Virus record (IMG/VR): IMGVR_UViG_3300044723_001797
Span: 1 to 32,748 of that record
DNA: 32,748 nucleotides
Reading direction: 5' to 3' (one strand)
Source of the DNA: a virus
Lineage: Duplodnaviria > Caudoviricetes
The notes beneath the pieces were generated by a model. That model saw nothing but the letters and a program-made list of their open reading frames with translations. It was not told where the DNA came from and ran no database searches. Positions 25,401 to 32,748 of the stretch are shown in pieces; position 1 is the stretch's first letter, and the number at the start of each line of letters is the position of its first letter. The translations under genes and the position numbers were made by a program.

Positions 25401-26077
25401 GAACAAAGTATCTAAATGCAGATGAAATGACAGCAATGGATAACGCTGCATATCAACTTGTTTATGATGCAATACCAGAAGCACAAATACCTGTTCTGTT
25501 TAAAGAAATGACAACGGCTGGCAAAATTTCTCAGGTTGGTAAGTTTCTTGTTCGCTCTAAGATTTCACCATCTTGGGCTTTAAGCGGTGTACCTAATTCT
25601 GCTGAAGTTGAAACTAAAACAATGATTCCATCATTTGAGCTTAGACTGAAAGAATCTCCAGCGGCTAAAGGTATATACTATGTATATGCCAAGACTGATA
25701 TGGGATTGCAGCAACAGTATGGTGCAGATGGTGTTCCCCTTACTTTGGATGCGTTTGATTTTAAGACAAAAGAAGACGCGCATACATTTACAGAAGTGTA
25801 TCAGTCATTTTATAGATCAGCATTGCAGAATGATCCCAATGGCGCAAAGTATGGCAATACAAGTTACATGGAAGCGTTTGGCGAAATGCTTGGCTTGATA
25901 GAGCCAGAGATTACTTATGGCCCATCTCAAGCAACAATAGATGCAGAACGTGCATTAGTATTTTCTAGGTTCCCAGAAAGAATTAATGAAAATCGTGCAG
26001 AGTTTGATCGACTTGTAGAGATTGGTGCAATCTTACCAGAGCATGTCGATGAATTCTTGGAGTATGTAAATGACTGA
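22409..26077 (+). CDS. Large internal virion protein, gp15-like
   Basis: 1222 aa, helical; call based on position. Confidence 0.7.
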   Translation: MAIVRQQRQARLQRIGVINVDTGESEVYKSIARAGQSLVQSALPELQQQAQERGVNAAKEVNRQNLIEFDEEGNPKALTVPQDFGTIAARAYQTVIERRFNESMTEEIQNKSIQLAKKYPNPATYGEQMANYLAAMDKAAGGRFAEYISNTGRPILTETQAKLEISAAKARLKQAKVSAGINLFKATEKYNASVALAVTPESIAELEQLEQAVVSAAEEKFGLDQDFVAYSKALKNINFGRAAANVNLLVNSSKNLAKSDREILEAAISNRLFLPQIKDVSLRNTVAQIHKLAPEKMNELSTSFSSGVNALENIQSAFENEWMSNNDSRFDNLESTSFMSVEAAINAGENIVSDAPDVAREDASSRALNVVSKTFRNVLSDVVSNVPLDNKVLINNLEAALTQEDINDVSVKSLPSSIRNDVKSLIENLSYTDRQAILKEAKANLNADAAVVELEFNAAIEEFNKNKLALSQKADLEFANVNARIQSALDLGATERAEDMYYEFLNSDFVGNLSFSAQKEFQKLKGSFRSKISTTKANISRKSDAQKFVSLIDQLRNAKDLGRATVIRDQIKNAANLNAHNHSSDKINSWLSQADSLHSKFVGEDQANKKLVNENEARLIAEQLEDLADNGEAINISQLNNAKAKAKKLFGSNLNGYLDVESSLETSYARSVVTSVHQNLIDRTNGKGISPDRFTVLMSMSEEDISKLDKTSAEYTVAKLLSKAKKPFAAKSEVRTQINQIEELNRKLHDAFMEEFNLASSVDRVVLQGNQSPLTDLKAYENEKYTKIAGVESGQPINFDNPELLYKDGQQTLFAQQLIDDLSRGIIIPQLATYLNRVGTVGAVNTGNAFAIFRMGSGTARYGDKLNVWNMDGTVTLDAKPLARLGAAILMYEAGRAPSPEEALPMIVSNAQEVGGDIRKGIEAAIDKKLDVWINDTYSGADLATRTRLMEAALSFGYDVTSPTDLKNALDAWVDVTFGTDDMVIGNRISEDKVVGARTKYLNADEMTAMDNAAYQLVYDAIPEAQIPVLFKEMTTAGKISQVGKFLVRSKISPSWALSGVPNSAEVETKTMIPSFELRLKESPAAKGIYYVYAKTDMGLQQQYGADGVPLTLDAFDFKTKEDAHTFTEVYQSFYRSALQNDPNGAKYGNTSYMEAFGEMLGLIEPEITYGPSQATIDAERALVFSRFPERINENRAEFDRLVEIGAILPEHVDEFLEYVND

Positions 26078-29000
26078 TCCCATTTTACAGACACCACCGC
26101 TTGAGCCGTTTTCAAGAAAAACACCAGAAATTGTACGCAATACACCTACATATCCTGAGACTATTCAGGCTCAACTAGAAGAATACTTTGCCGCGCCAGT
26201 AAGTAGTACATTAGCAGAAGCTAGAGGATTACCAGAACGCGATATTGGATTTAATATTACGCAGTATTTATCTGATCGTGGGATTGATCCTCTTAGTCCA
26301 GAAGGTAAACGCATATCTATTTATGGTCTGAATGAAAGTTCAGCCGAGCGCATGTATCAGTTGCACCTTCAAAGCATTAAGAACCAAGAGATTATTGAAA
26401 AAGCAGGGTTTGCAAAAGCATTGGCTGCCGATCCCCTTTTCTTAGCAGAAATAGCGTTTACTGGTGGTGTACTAGCTACAGCGCGTAGGGGTGGTAGAGA
26501 GTTCTTAGAGCAAAGTCTAACAGGTGCATTACGCGCAAGACGCGCAGAATCACTAGCAGTCAAAGGCTTTAGAATTGCTAATGCAGAAGCAGCATTCTTT
26601 GAAGGTACATCTAATGTTCTTAGATTAGCTAATGATCTCGAAGGGCAGACAGAAGCAGACCAAGCAATACTGTCTGCAACTATTAGTCAGCTAACAGCCC
26701 AAGGTATTGCAAGCACTTTGGGTTATGGCATTGGTCGTGTAGCTGATCGCAAACTTAAATCGCCACAGCTAGAATCTGTAGCTACGTCATATCAAACATC
26801 AGTAAATAACTTGCGTGAATTGGCAGAAGCCATCGATGCAAAGCCAAAGAAAACAAACGAAGTCGTTATGGCTGATGCTTTACCAGAGGTAAACGACGAA
26901 GACCTGTTGCTTACTGGTGAATGGTTTACCAATTCAATCTTTTATCGTGCGCTTCCTACGCCTGTTAAGGCAGTCATGGGCGTAAGTAGTAAAGCAACCA
27001 AAGATGTAAAGCTACGCTTCATGCGTTTGGTTAATGATGCTGGCGTTATGTTTAAGCTCAATCAGATTAACAAGTCATTTGGTAAATCTGTTCATCAAGA
27101 AGCTGGTGAACTATCTGGACGCTGGGGTTCAGTTTATAATCAGATTCACGAAATCTGGGGTGAGGTATCTCCAAGCGGTAACTACAATGTTGCTGACATG
27201 CAGATCAGTGACACGATTGAACACATTAAAAAAATTAGAGGTAAAGAAAGTCTTACCTTTGAAGACTTTGGTCGGCATGTGACTGATCTGTATATTAATA
27301 ACAAAACACCACAGACTGATGCGGAAAGCCGTGCGGTAGAAATATTGCGATCTTACTTTGACGAGTGGGACAAGATGCTAAATGACGTTGGATTGCTTGG
27401 CGGTACAGGTACTTTGGTACGCAGACAAGGCAACATCCAAGATCGCATTGGTTCTATGGAAAATGTCTTTGATGACATCATTACATCAAACCGTAATTTT
27501 TTAGAAGAACAGATCACTAAGCTTGATGGTTTCATTGAAACTATGAACAAAACGCAAAAGGCGCGTGGCTTAACTGATGCACAGATTGCGCGGCGTGAAC
27601 AGCTTATAGCTGACAAAACCAAGCTTGCTACAGCATTAGAGCGCACTGGATCGATTCGAAATATCAATGACGCAATTCGTATGATTGATGATTTGGCAGT
27701 AACTCCAAAACAAAAAAGCGCAATTCAAAAACTAGATGCACACATTACAGAAATGAAAGATCGTTTGGATAATGTGAATGCATACCTTGATGGCACTGCG
27801 GTACAGAAAGGTTTGCGTGAAAACTTTTTTCCTAGATATTTTGATCGTCGCAAGATTGCAGCTAACCGCGAAACGTTTGAGCAAATCTTAACAGATCATT
27901 ACATGGAGCAGCCGTTTGTCTGGGGTTGGGATGAAAAGACAAAGCGGTATGTGCGCACCATGCTTGATCCTGATCGTGCATCAGCACAGCGTCGAGCAAA
28001 AAGAACGACTGATGAAATACTAGAGCTTGTTGATGATGATGGTATGGAAGGACTTGCCTACTTTGGTGCGGGTCGTTCTAAGCATTTACTTCATAGGGCG
28101 TTGGACATACCAAACGGCAAAGTACAAGATTTTATGGTAACTGATCTAAAGCAGGTACTTGTTGCGTATAATGAAAAGATGGCACCGAAGTATGCTTTTG
28201 CTCGTCAGTTTCGAACAGATACAGGCGCACCAGCAACCATCGATGATGTAATTGCGCAGAACACCAGAGAAATGCAAAAGGCTGGTGTATCTCAGGCAGA
28301 GATCAATCGCATTAACAAAGAATTTATTGGATCATATGATCGTATTGTTGGTCGTGTATTAACCAAACCTGATGGTGTTACAAGCCGCATGGCTCAGTGG
28401 TTACAGACTGCGGCGCAGTGGACTTATCTTGGCGGTGCGGGTGTTGCTGCGGTAGCTGACTTTTCGAACATCTTTATGGATCACGAAATGAAAACCATAG
28501 CAAAGGGTTTGGCTGCGTTGGCAGACGATAACTCTGTAACTATGGCAAAGAAAGAACTTCAAAAAGCTGGCGATGGCATGGAAGTTATTTCTGGTACATA
28601 TCAAATGAAGTTTATGGAAAGTCTAAGCAGCGATCCATTCCGCAGCGGCTTAACTGATAAGATTAATACTGGATTCTACAAGTTTAACTTGTTGTCTCAA
28701 ATGACCACTATAGCCAAAACTATGGATGGTATGTTTAGAACGCACACAATCATTGAGGCTGCGGAAGCAGTTGGCAATGGAAGCGGTACTAAGTTCCAGA
28801 AAGAGTTTCTTGCGCGGTATAACATTGATCAAGCAATGGCAAAGCGTATTGCTAAACAGCCGTTTGAGAAAACAAAAAACAACTTTATTGTTGGCAACAC
28901 TGATGCTTGGACTGACGAAGAAGCGTTGTCTGCATTTAGGTCTGCCCTAAGAACTGGCGTTATGAACAGAATTATTATGGGTACACCTGCTGACAAGCCA

Positions 29001-29636
29001 TTGGCTATGTCTGGTAAAACATATCTTCCTATGCATATCGCAAGCACATTAGGCATGAAAGAAAGCAAACGTGTTAAGGGTTATGCCGAGATTGAGCATC
29101 CAATGCTTGCGCTGCCGTTTACATTTTATACTTACACTGTGGGCGCATTGAACAAAGTAACAACCAACTATGCGCAGGGTGCGGTTCGCAATCCAGCAGT
29201 ACACTTTGCGGTAGCCATGTTCCTTGGATATAACATTGTTAAGTTCCGTACACCAGAGTTTGCTTGGAATGAAATGGACATAGAAGATAAGATTCTTCGT
29301 GCATTTGATTTTTCTGGACTAGCTGCGCTTTACAGTGACATGTTTTATCGATCACTAGAAATGGGTATGGCGTTTGATATTGAGAACCCATTGCCATTCC
29401 AACCTAAGTTTACAGAAGACCCTGATACAGTAGGGGGTGTTATTTCTGTTTTTGGCGCACCTGCTGACTATGCCTATGGTTTTGTAAAAAGTGGCAGAGA
29501 GTTTGCGCGTGGCGAATACGGTGATGGAACAGAAACATTTGTTCGTCAAATACCGCTAGTTTGGAACATGTTTATTAAAGAACAGATGAATGGAATCAAG
29601 AATGCGTTGGGTGACTTCGCTAGAACCTTTGAGTAA
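26070..29636 (+). CDS. Large internal virion protein, gp16-like
   Basis: 1188 aa; NFFPRYFD and LHRALDIP motifs, hydrophobic C-terminal region; position before fibre. Confidence 0.75.
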   Translation: MTDPILQTPPLEPFSRKTPEIVRNTPTYPETIQAQLEEYFAAPVSSTLAEARGLPERDIGFNITQYLSDRGIDPLSPEGKRISIYGLNESSAERMYQLHLQSIKNQEIIEKAGFAKALAADPLFLAEIAFTGGVLATARRGGREFLEQSLTGALRARRAESLAVKGFRIANAEAAFFEGTSNVLRLANDLEGQTEADQAILSATISQLTAQGIASTLGYGIGRVADRKLKSPQLESVATSYQTSVNNLRELAEAIDAKPKKTNEVVMADALPEVNDEDLLLTGEWFTNSIFYRALPTPVKAVMGVSSKATKDVKLRFMRLVNDAGVMFKLNQINKSFGKSVHQEAGELSGRWGSVYNQIHEIWGEVSPSGNYNVADMQISDTIEHIKKIRGKESLTFEDFGRHVTDLYINNKTPQTDAESRAVEILRSYFDEWDKMLNDVGLLGGTGTLVRRQGNIQDRIGSMENVFDDIITSNRNFLEEQITKLDGFIETMNKTQKARGLTDAQIARREQLIADKTKLATALERTGSIRNINDAIRMIDDLAVTPKQKSAIQKLDAHITEMKDRLDNVNAYLDGTAVQKGLRENFFPRYFDRRKIAANRETFEQILTDHYMEQPFVWGWDEKTKRYVRTMLDPDRASAQRRAKRTTDEILELVDDDGMEGLAYFGAGRSKHLLHRALDIPNGKVQDFMVTDLKQVLVAYNEKMAPKYAFARQFRTDTGAPATIDDVIAQNTREMQKAGVSQAEINRINKEFIGSYDRIVGRVLTKPDGVTSRMAQWLQTAAQWTYLGGAGVAAVADFSNIFMDHEMKTIAKGLAALADDNSVTMAKKELQKAGDGMEVISGTYQMKFMESLSSDPFRSGLTDKINTGFYKFNLLSQMTTIAKTMDGMFRTHTIIEAAEAVGNGSGTKFQKEFLARYNIDQAMAKRIAKQPFEKTKNNFIVGNTDAWTDEEALSAFRSALRTGVMNRIIMGTPADKPLAMSGKTYLPMHIASTLGMKESKRVKGYAEIEHPMLALPFTFYTYTVGALNKVTTNYAQGAVRNPAVHFAVAMFLGYNIVKFRTPEFAWNEMDIEDKILRAFDFSGLAALYSDMFYRSLEMGMAFDIENPLPFQPKFTEDPDTVGGVISVFGAPADYAYGFVKSGREFARGEYGDGTETFVRQIPLVWNMFIKEQMNGIKNALGDFARTFE

Positions 29637-29670
29637 TTGTGCGTTGTTTGGTGTATCTTTCTTAGCTATG
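29637..29670 (+). promoter_or_regulatory. Putative late promoter, copy 4 (tail fibre operon)
   Basis: TTGTGCGTTG-N18-GCTA in the intergenic gap. Confidence 0.65.
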
Positions 29671-29692
29671 CCAGTAAAAAAAGAGGTAAGCT

Positions 29693-32600
29693 ATGACGAT
29701 TAACCTTTCAGATAATAATCCTCGTGTATCCTATAGCGTTGCACAAGGTGTTACGCAGTCTTCATTTACTGTATCATTTGAATTTTTTGATGATGATGAT
29801 CTTAACGTATATGTTGATGGTACTCTTAAAACTTTAACTACAGATTATACGGTAACTGGTGGTGATGGTTCTACTGGTACAGTTACAATGTCAGTTACAG
29901 GGGCTACTGGCGGCTCTACTGTTGTTATTACAAGAGACATTGACTTAGAGCGCACAACGGATTTTCCATCTTCTGGGCCATTTAATATTGGTTCTTTAAA
30001 TACAGAACTTGATCGAATTATAGCTATTACTGCTGATTTAGAAGATCTTGCTGGTCGTGGTGTAAAGCTTGCTGACTTTGATACACAAGCTGCGCTTACT
30101 CTACCTTTAGCTTCTGAACGTGGAAATAAAGTGTTAGCATTTAATGCTGCTGGGGACACTTTGGTTAGCCAAGAGCTAGGCACGTTTAAAGGCGATTGGG
30201 CAGCATCAACTGCGTATGTTGAGCGTGACTTAGTTAAAGATACAACAACAAACAATGTGTTTATTGTTACTTCTGCTCACACATCATCGGGTTCTTTGCC
30301 GCTCACAACAAATACGAATAGTGCCAAGTATGAAAAAATAATTGATATTACCAACCCCCCTGGCGATGTTACGTTTGGCGGCAGTATAACAACATCAAGT
30401 TCTGTAACGGCTGGCAGCTTTGTTATTGGCTCTGCTGATATTAACGAAAACGACTTAGAAGCGATTGACAGCGTTACTGCTGGGACAGTTGCAGCAAGTA
30501 AGGCAGTTGTTGTTGATGTTAACAAAGACATCTCTAGCTTTAGAAACTTAACTGCTACTGGTGACATTACGTTTGGCGGTTTGTCAGATGGCACGATCAC
30601 GGTTACAGCGTTTGTTGATGAAGATAATATGGCATCTGATAGTGCTACGCTGGTGCCTACACAGCAGTCTGTGAAAGCATATGTAGATGCTCAAGTTGCT
30701 ACGGCAGACACACTCACTGAAATTCTAGGTAACGGCAACACCACAAGTGGCGCAAACATCCAGATGACTACAACGGATGAGCTACAATTTAGAGATACAG
30801 CATTGAAAATTAGTTCATCTGCTGATGGGCAGTTAGATATTGATGCTGACACTGAAGTTGAGATTACTGCGCCCACTGTTGATATTAATGCCAGCACAGA
30901 AGTAAACATTAGTGGTGCAGCAAAAATTGGTGGCACCTTAAATATTGATACAATTAATGAGTTAACCACAGACGCTGGAACTACAATCAATTCAACTTTT
31001 ATTGGTAACAATAAGATTGGCATTGGTACAAGTGTTGTAGGCGACACTCAAGTAGCAATTAAAGGTTCTGCTGCTAAATTAAGACTAGAATCTCTAACTG
31101 CTGGAAATCACAATTGGGATATTGGTGTTTCTACAACAAGCCTTCGCATTTACCACCAAGCAACAGGTCAAAACCCTTTTTGGATTGACTCAACTGATAA
31201 TGTTGGCATTGGAACTATAAGCCCATCCACTAAGCTAGATGTAAATGGCACTGTCACGGCAACAGGTGGTGCGTTTACTGGCGATGTATCCTTCGGCGAC
31301 AACGACAAAGCCATCTTCGGCGCAGGGTCTGACCTACAGATTTACCATGATGGGTCTGCGAGTTATATTGATGATCAGGGTGAAGGCCCGCTCAAAATAA
31401 AAGCAACAGACTTTAGAATTAAAAATGCTGCTGATACAAAAAATTATTTAAGAGCAGATGATGGTGGAGCTGTTTCTGTTTACTATGACAACGCCCAAAA
31501 ACTCGCCACCACCAGCACAGGCGTAGACATCACGGGTACTTTGACCAGCGATGGGCTGACTGTGGATGGGAATGTTTCTGTAGGCTCAACAGGTGCTTCA
31601 GATCGTCAAATATATATGGGTTCTGTAGGAAATCTTTATGGTGCTTTAAATACGGATGGCGCTTCAGGTAATTTTAATATTACTTCTGGACATGCAACTA
31701 CTGGCGGTACAGCGTTACAGTTCTATACCGCAAATTCTGGCAGTGAAATACGAAGAACTAGAATTGACACCAACGGCGACATCAGCTTCTACGAGGACAC
31801 AGGCACCACGCCAAAGTTTATCTGGGATGCGAGTGCTGAGAGTTTGGGGATTGGGACGAGTTCGCCTAGCCATACAATCAGTTTGGAAAGCGCTTATCCA
31901 TACATATCGTTTAACGAAACCGATCAAAGCCAAAAGTGGGTTATTGGTGGGGCATCTGGAAACTTTGTTATTTATGATGATACTGATGCAGCAACAAGAC
32001 TTGCTGTAGACGGATCAGGTAATGTGGGCATTGGGACGACTTCGCCTCAACAAGATGTACATGTTCAAAGTACTGGTTCAGCTACTGTTATGGCTGAGAG
32101 AACAGGTCCAAATGCTGGCCTTATAGGTATTTACGGATCAAATAACCCTGCTCTTGTATGGGGTGGCAATACAGATGTTCTAAGGTTTGCTCAAGTTGAT
32201 GATACTTCCCTGACTAACTTTACAGAACGTATGCGCATTGACAGCAGCGGTAACTTGCTGGTGGGTAAGACGAGTGCAACTAATTTTGGCAGTACAGCGG
32301 GATTTGAGGTTCTTAGTGATGGACGCATACTGTCAACAGTATCTGGGGATCAGGCTCTTGCACTTTCTCGCACTTCATCAGACGGATATATTGCAGAGTT
32401 CTACAAAGACACCACCTTTGTGGGGAGTATTAATTCACGAGGTGGCGTTGTATCAAGTATTGTTCTTGATCCTCGAACTGGTGGAGGCGGTTTAGGGGCA
32501 ACAGGGCCAGGGTCTTTATGTGCTACAAACAACACTGGTGCCTCAACTACTGATAACGTACTAGACTTAGGCCACAGCGGTGCAAGGTGGAAAGACGTAT

Positions 32601-32748
32601 ATGTTGGTGGCGGTGTCTACCTCGGCGGCACTGGGTCGGCTAATAAGCTGGATGACTATGAGGAGGGGACTTGGACGCCTGCTATAACTGGCGCATCAAC
32701 CAACCCAAGCGTAACATATACCAATGCTTTTGGAGTATACGTTAAAAC
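29693..32748 (+). CDS. Tail fibre protein (>1018 aa, 3' truncated; absent from ORF track)
   Basis: GAGG + ATG 29693; T7 gp17-like N-terminus (FEFFDDDDLNVYVDG..TDYTV..LNTELD), repeated GIGT.SP units, ends in LDDYEEGTWTP...; no stop found on manual reading. Confidence 0.92.
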   Translation, partial: MTINLSDNNPRVSYSVAQGVTQSSFTVSFEFFDDDDLNVYVDGTLKTLTTDYTVTGGDGSTGTVTMSVTGATGGSTVVITRDIDLERTTDFPSSGPFNIGSLNTELDRIIAITADLEDLAGRGVKLADFDTQAALTLPLASERGNKVLAFNAAGDTLVSQELGTFKGDWAASTAYVERDLVKDTTTNNVFIVTSAHTSSGSLPLTTNTNSAKYEKIIDITNPPGDVTFGGSITTSSSVTAGSFVIGSADINENDLEAIDSVTAGTVAASKAVVVDVNKDISSFRNLTATGDITFGGLSDGTITVTAFVDEDNMASDSATLVPTQQSVKAYVDAQVATADTLTEILGNGNTTSGANIQMTTTDELQFRDTALKISSSADGQLDIDADTEVEITAPTVDINASTEVNISGAAKIGGTLNIDTINELTTDAGTTINSTFIGNNKIGIGTSVVGDTQVAIKGSAAKLRLESLTAGNHNWDIGVSTTSLRIYHQATGQNPFWIDSTDNVGIGTISPSTKLDVNGTVTATGGAFTGDVSFGDNDKAIFGAGSDLQIYHDGSASYIDDQGEGPLKIKATDFRIKNAADTKNYLRADDGGAVSVYYDNAQKLATTSTGVDITGTLTSDGLTVDGNVSVGSTGASDRQIYMGSVGNLYGALNTDGASGNFNITSGHATTGGTALQFYTANSGSEIRRTRIDTNGDISFYEDTGTTPKFIWDASAESLGIGTSSPSHTISLESAYPYISFNETDQSQKWVIGGASGNFVIYDDTDAATRLAVDGSGNVGIGTTSPQQDVHVQSTGSATVMAERTGPNAGLIGIYGSNNPALVWGGNTDVLRFAQVDDTSLTNFTERMRIDSSGNLLVGKTSATNFGSTAGFEVLSDGRILSTVSGDQALALSRTSSDGYIAEFYKDTTFVGSINSRGGVVSSIVLDPRTGGGGLGATGPGSLCATNNTGASTTDNVLDLGHSGARWKDVYVGGGVYLGGTGSANKLDDYEEGTWTPAITGASTNPSVTYTNAFGVYVK

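Larger units (their letters stand above)
1..32748. mobile_element. Podovirus-type bacteriophage genome, near complete, permuted within the tail-fibre module
   Basis: TerS/TerL, portal, scaffold, capsid, tail tubular A/B, internal virion proteins, fibre, lysis and replication/recombination genes in two divergent arms; no host genes recognised. Confidence 0.97.

Noticed and set aside
12417-29549. Minus-strand ORFs opposite structural genes, and + strand ORFs opposite early genes
   Set aside because: Antisense shadows without RBS or motifs
29845-32495. Tracked short ORFs in the fibre region
   Set aside because: Shadow or alternate frames of the long unterminated fibre ORF
29693-32748. Diversity-generating retroelement or invertase shufflon acting on the fibre
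   Set aside because: No reverse transcriptase, invertase or TR/VR pair seen in the window
1-32748. tRNA/rRNA genes and auxiliary metabolic genes
   Set aside because: No cloverleaf with T-loop consensus and no metabolic enzyme motifs noticed by eye; tRNAscan was not run

Overview
Nearly complete (~33 kb) genome of a tailed dsDNA phage with podovirus-type structural genes, opened inside its tail-fibre module. The window starts just after the fibre gene and ends inside it. The organisation resembles, from recall, the HTVC010P-type marine podoviruses, and a Rhodobacteraceae/alphaproteobacterial host is inferred. The + strand carries a late arm: TerS, a cluster of small basic proteins, TerL, portal, scaffold, capsid, tail tubular A/B, three internal virion proteins and a >1000-aa tail fibre missing from the ORF track. 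It continues at the window start with fibre-associated proteins, holins and an M15 endolysin. The - strand (2510-10177) carries an early arm with a lambdoid-style HTH replication initiator containing its own origin, a YqaJ exonuclease, a Rad52-like annealase, an SSB, a resolvase and HTH regulators. No DNA or RNA polymerase, primase/helicase, integrase, tRNA or CRISPR was recognised. The most unusual region is 9350-10630: a single 190-aa gene bracketed by GC-rich hairpin elements that look like plasmid single-strand promoter/priming signals. Also seen are a repeated late-promoter motif (TTGTGCGTTG), a probable antisense-RNA/leader-peptide control of the initiator, a structured capsid leader and a mosaic tail fibre. 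All family names come from motif recognition and recall, not from database searches.
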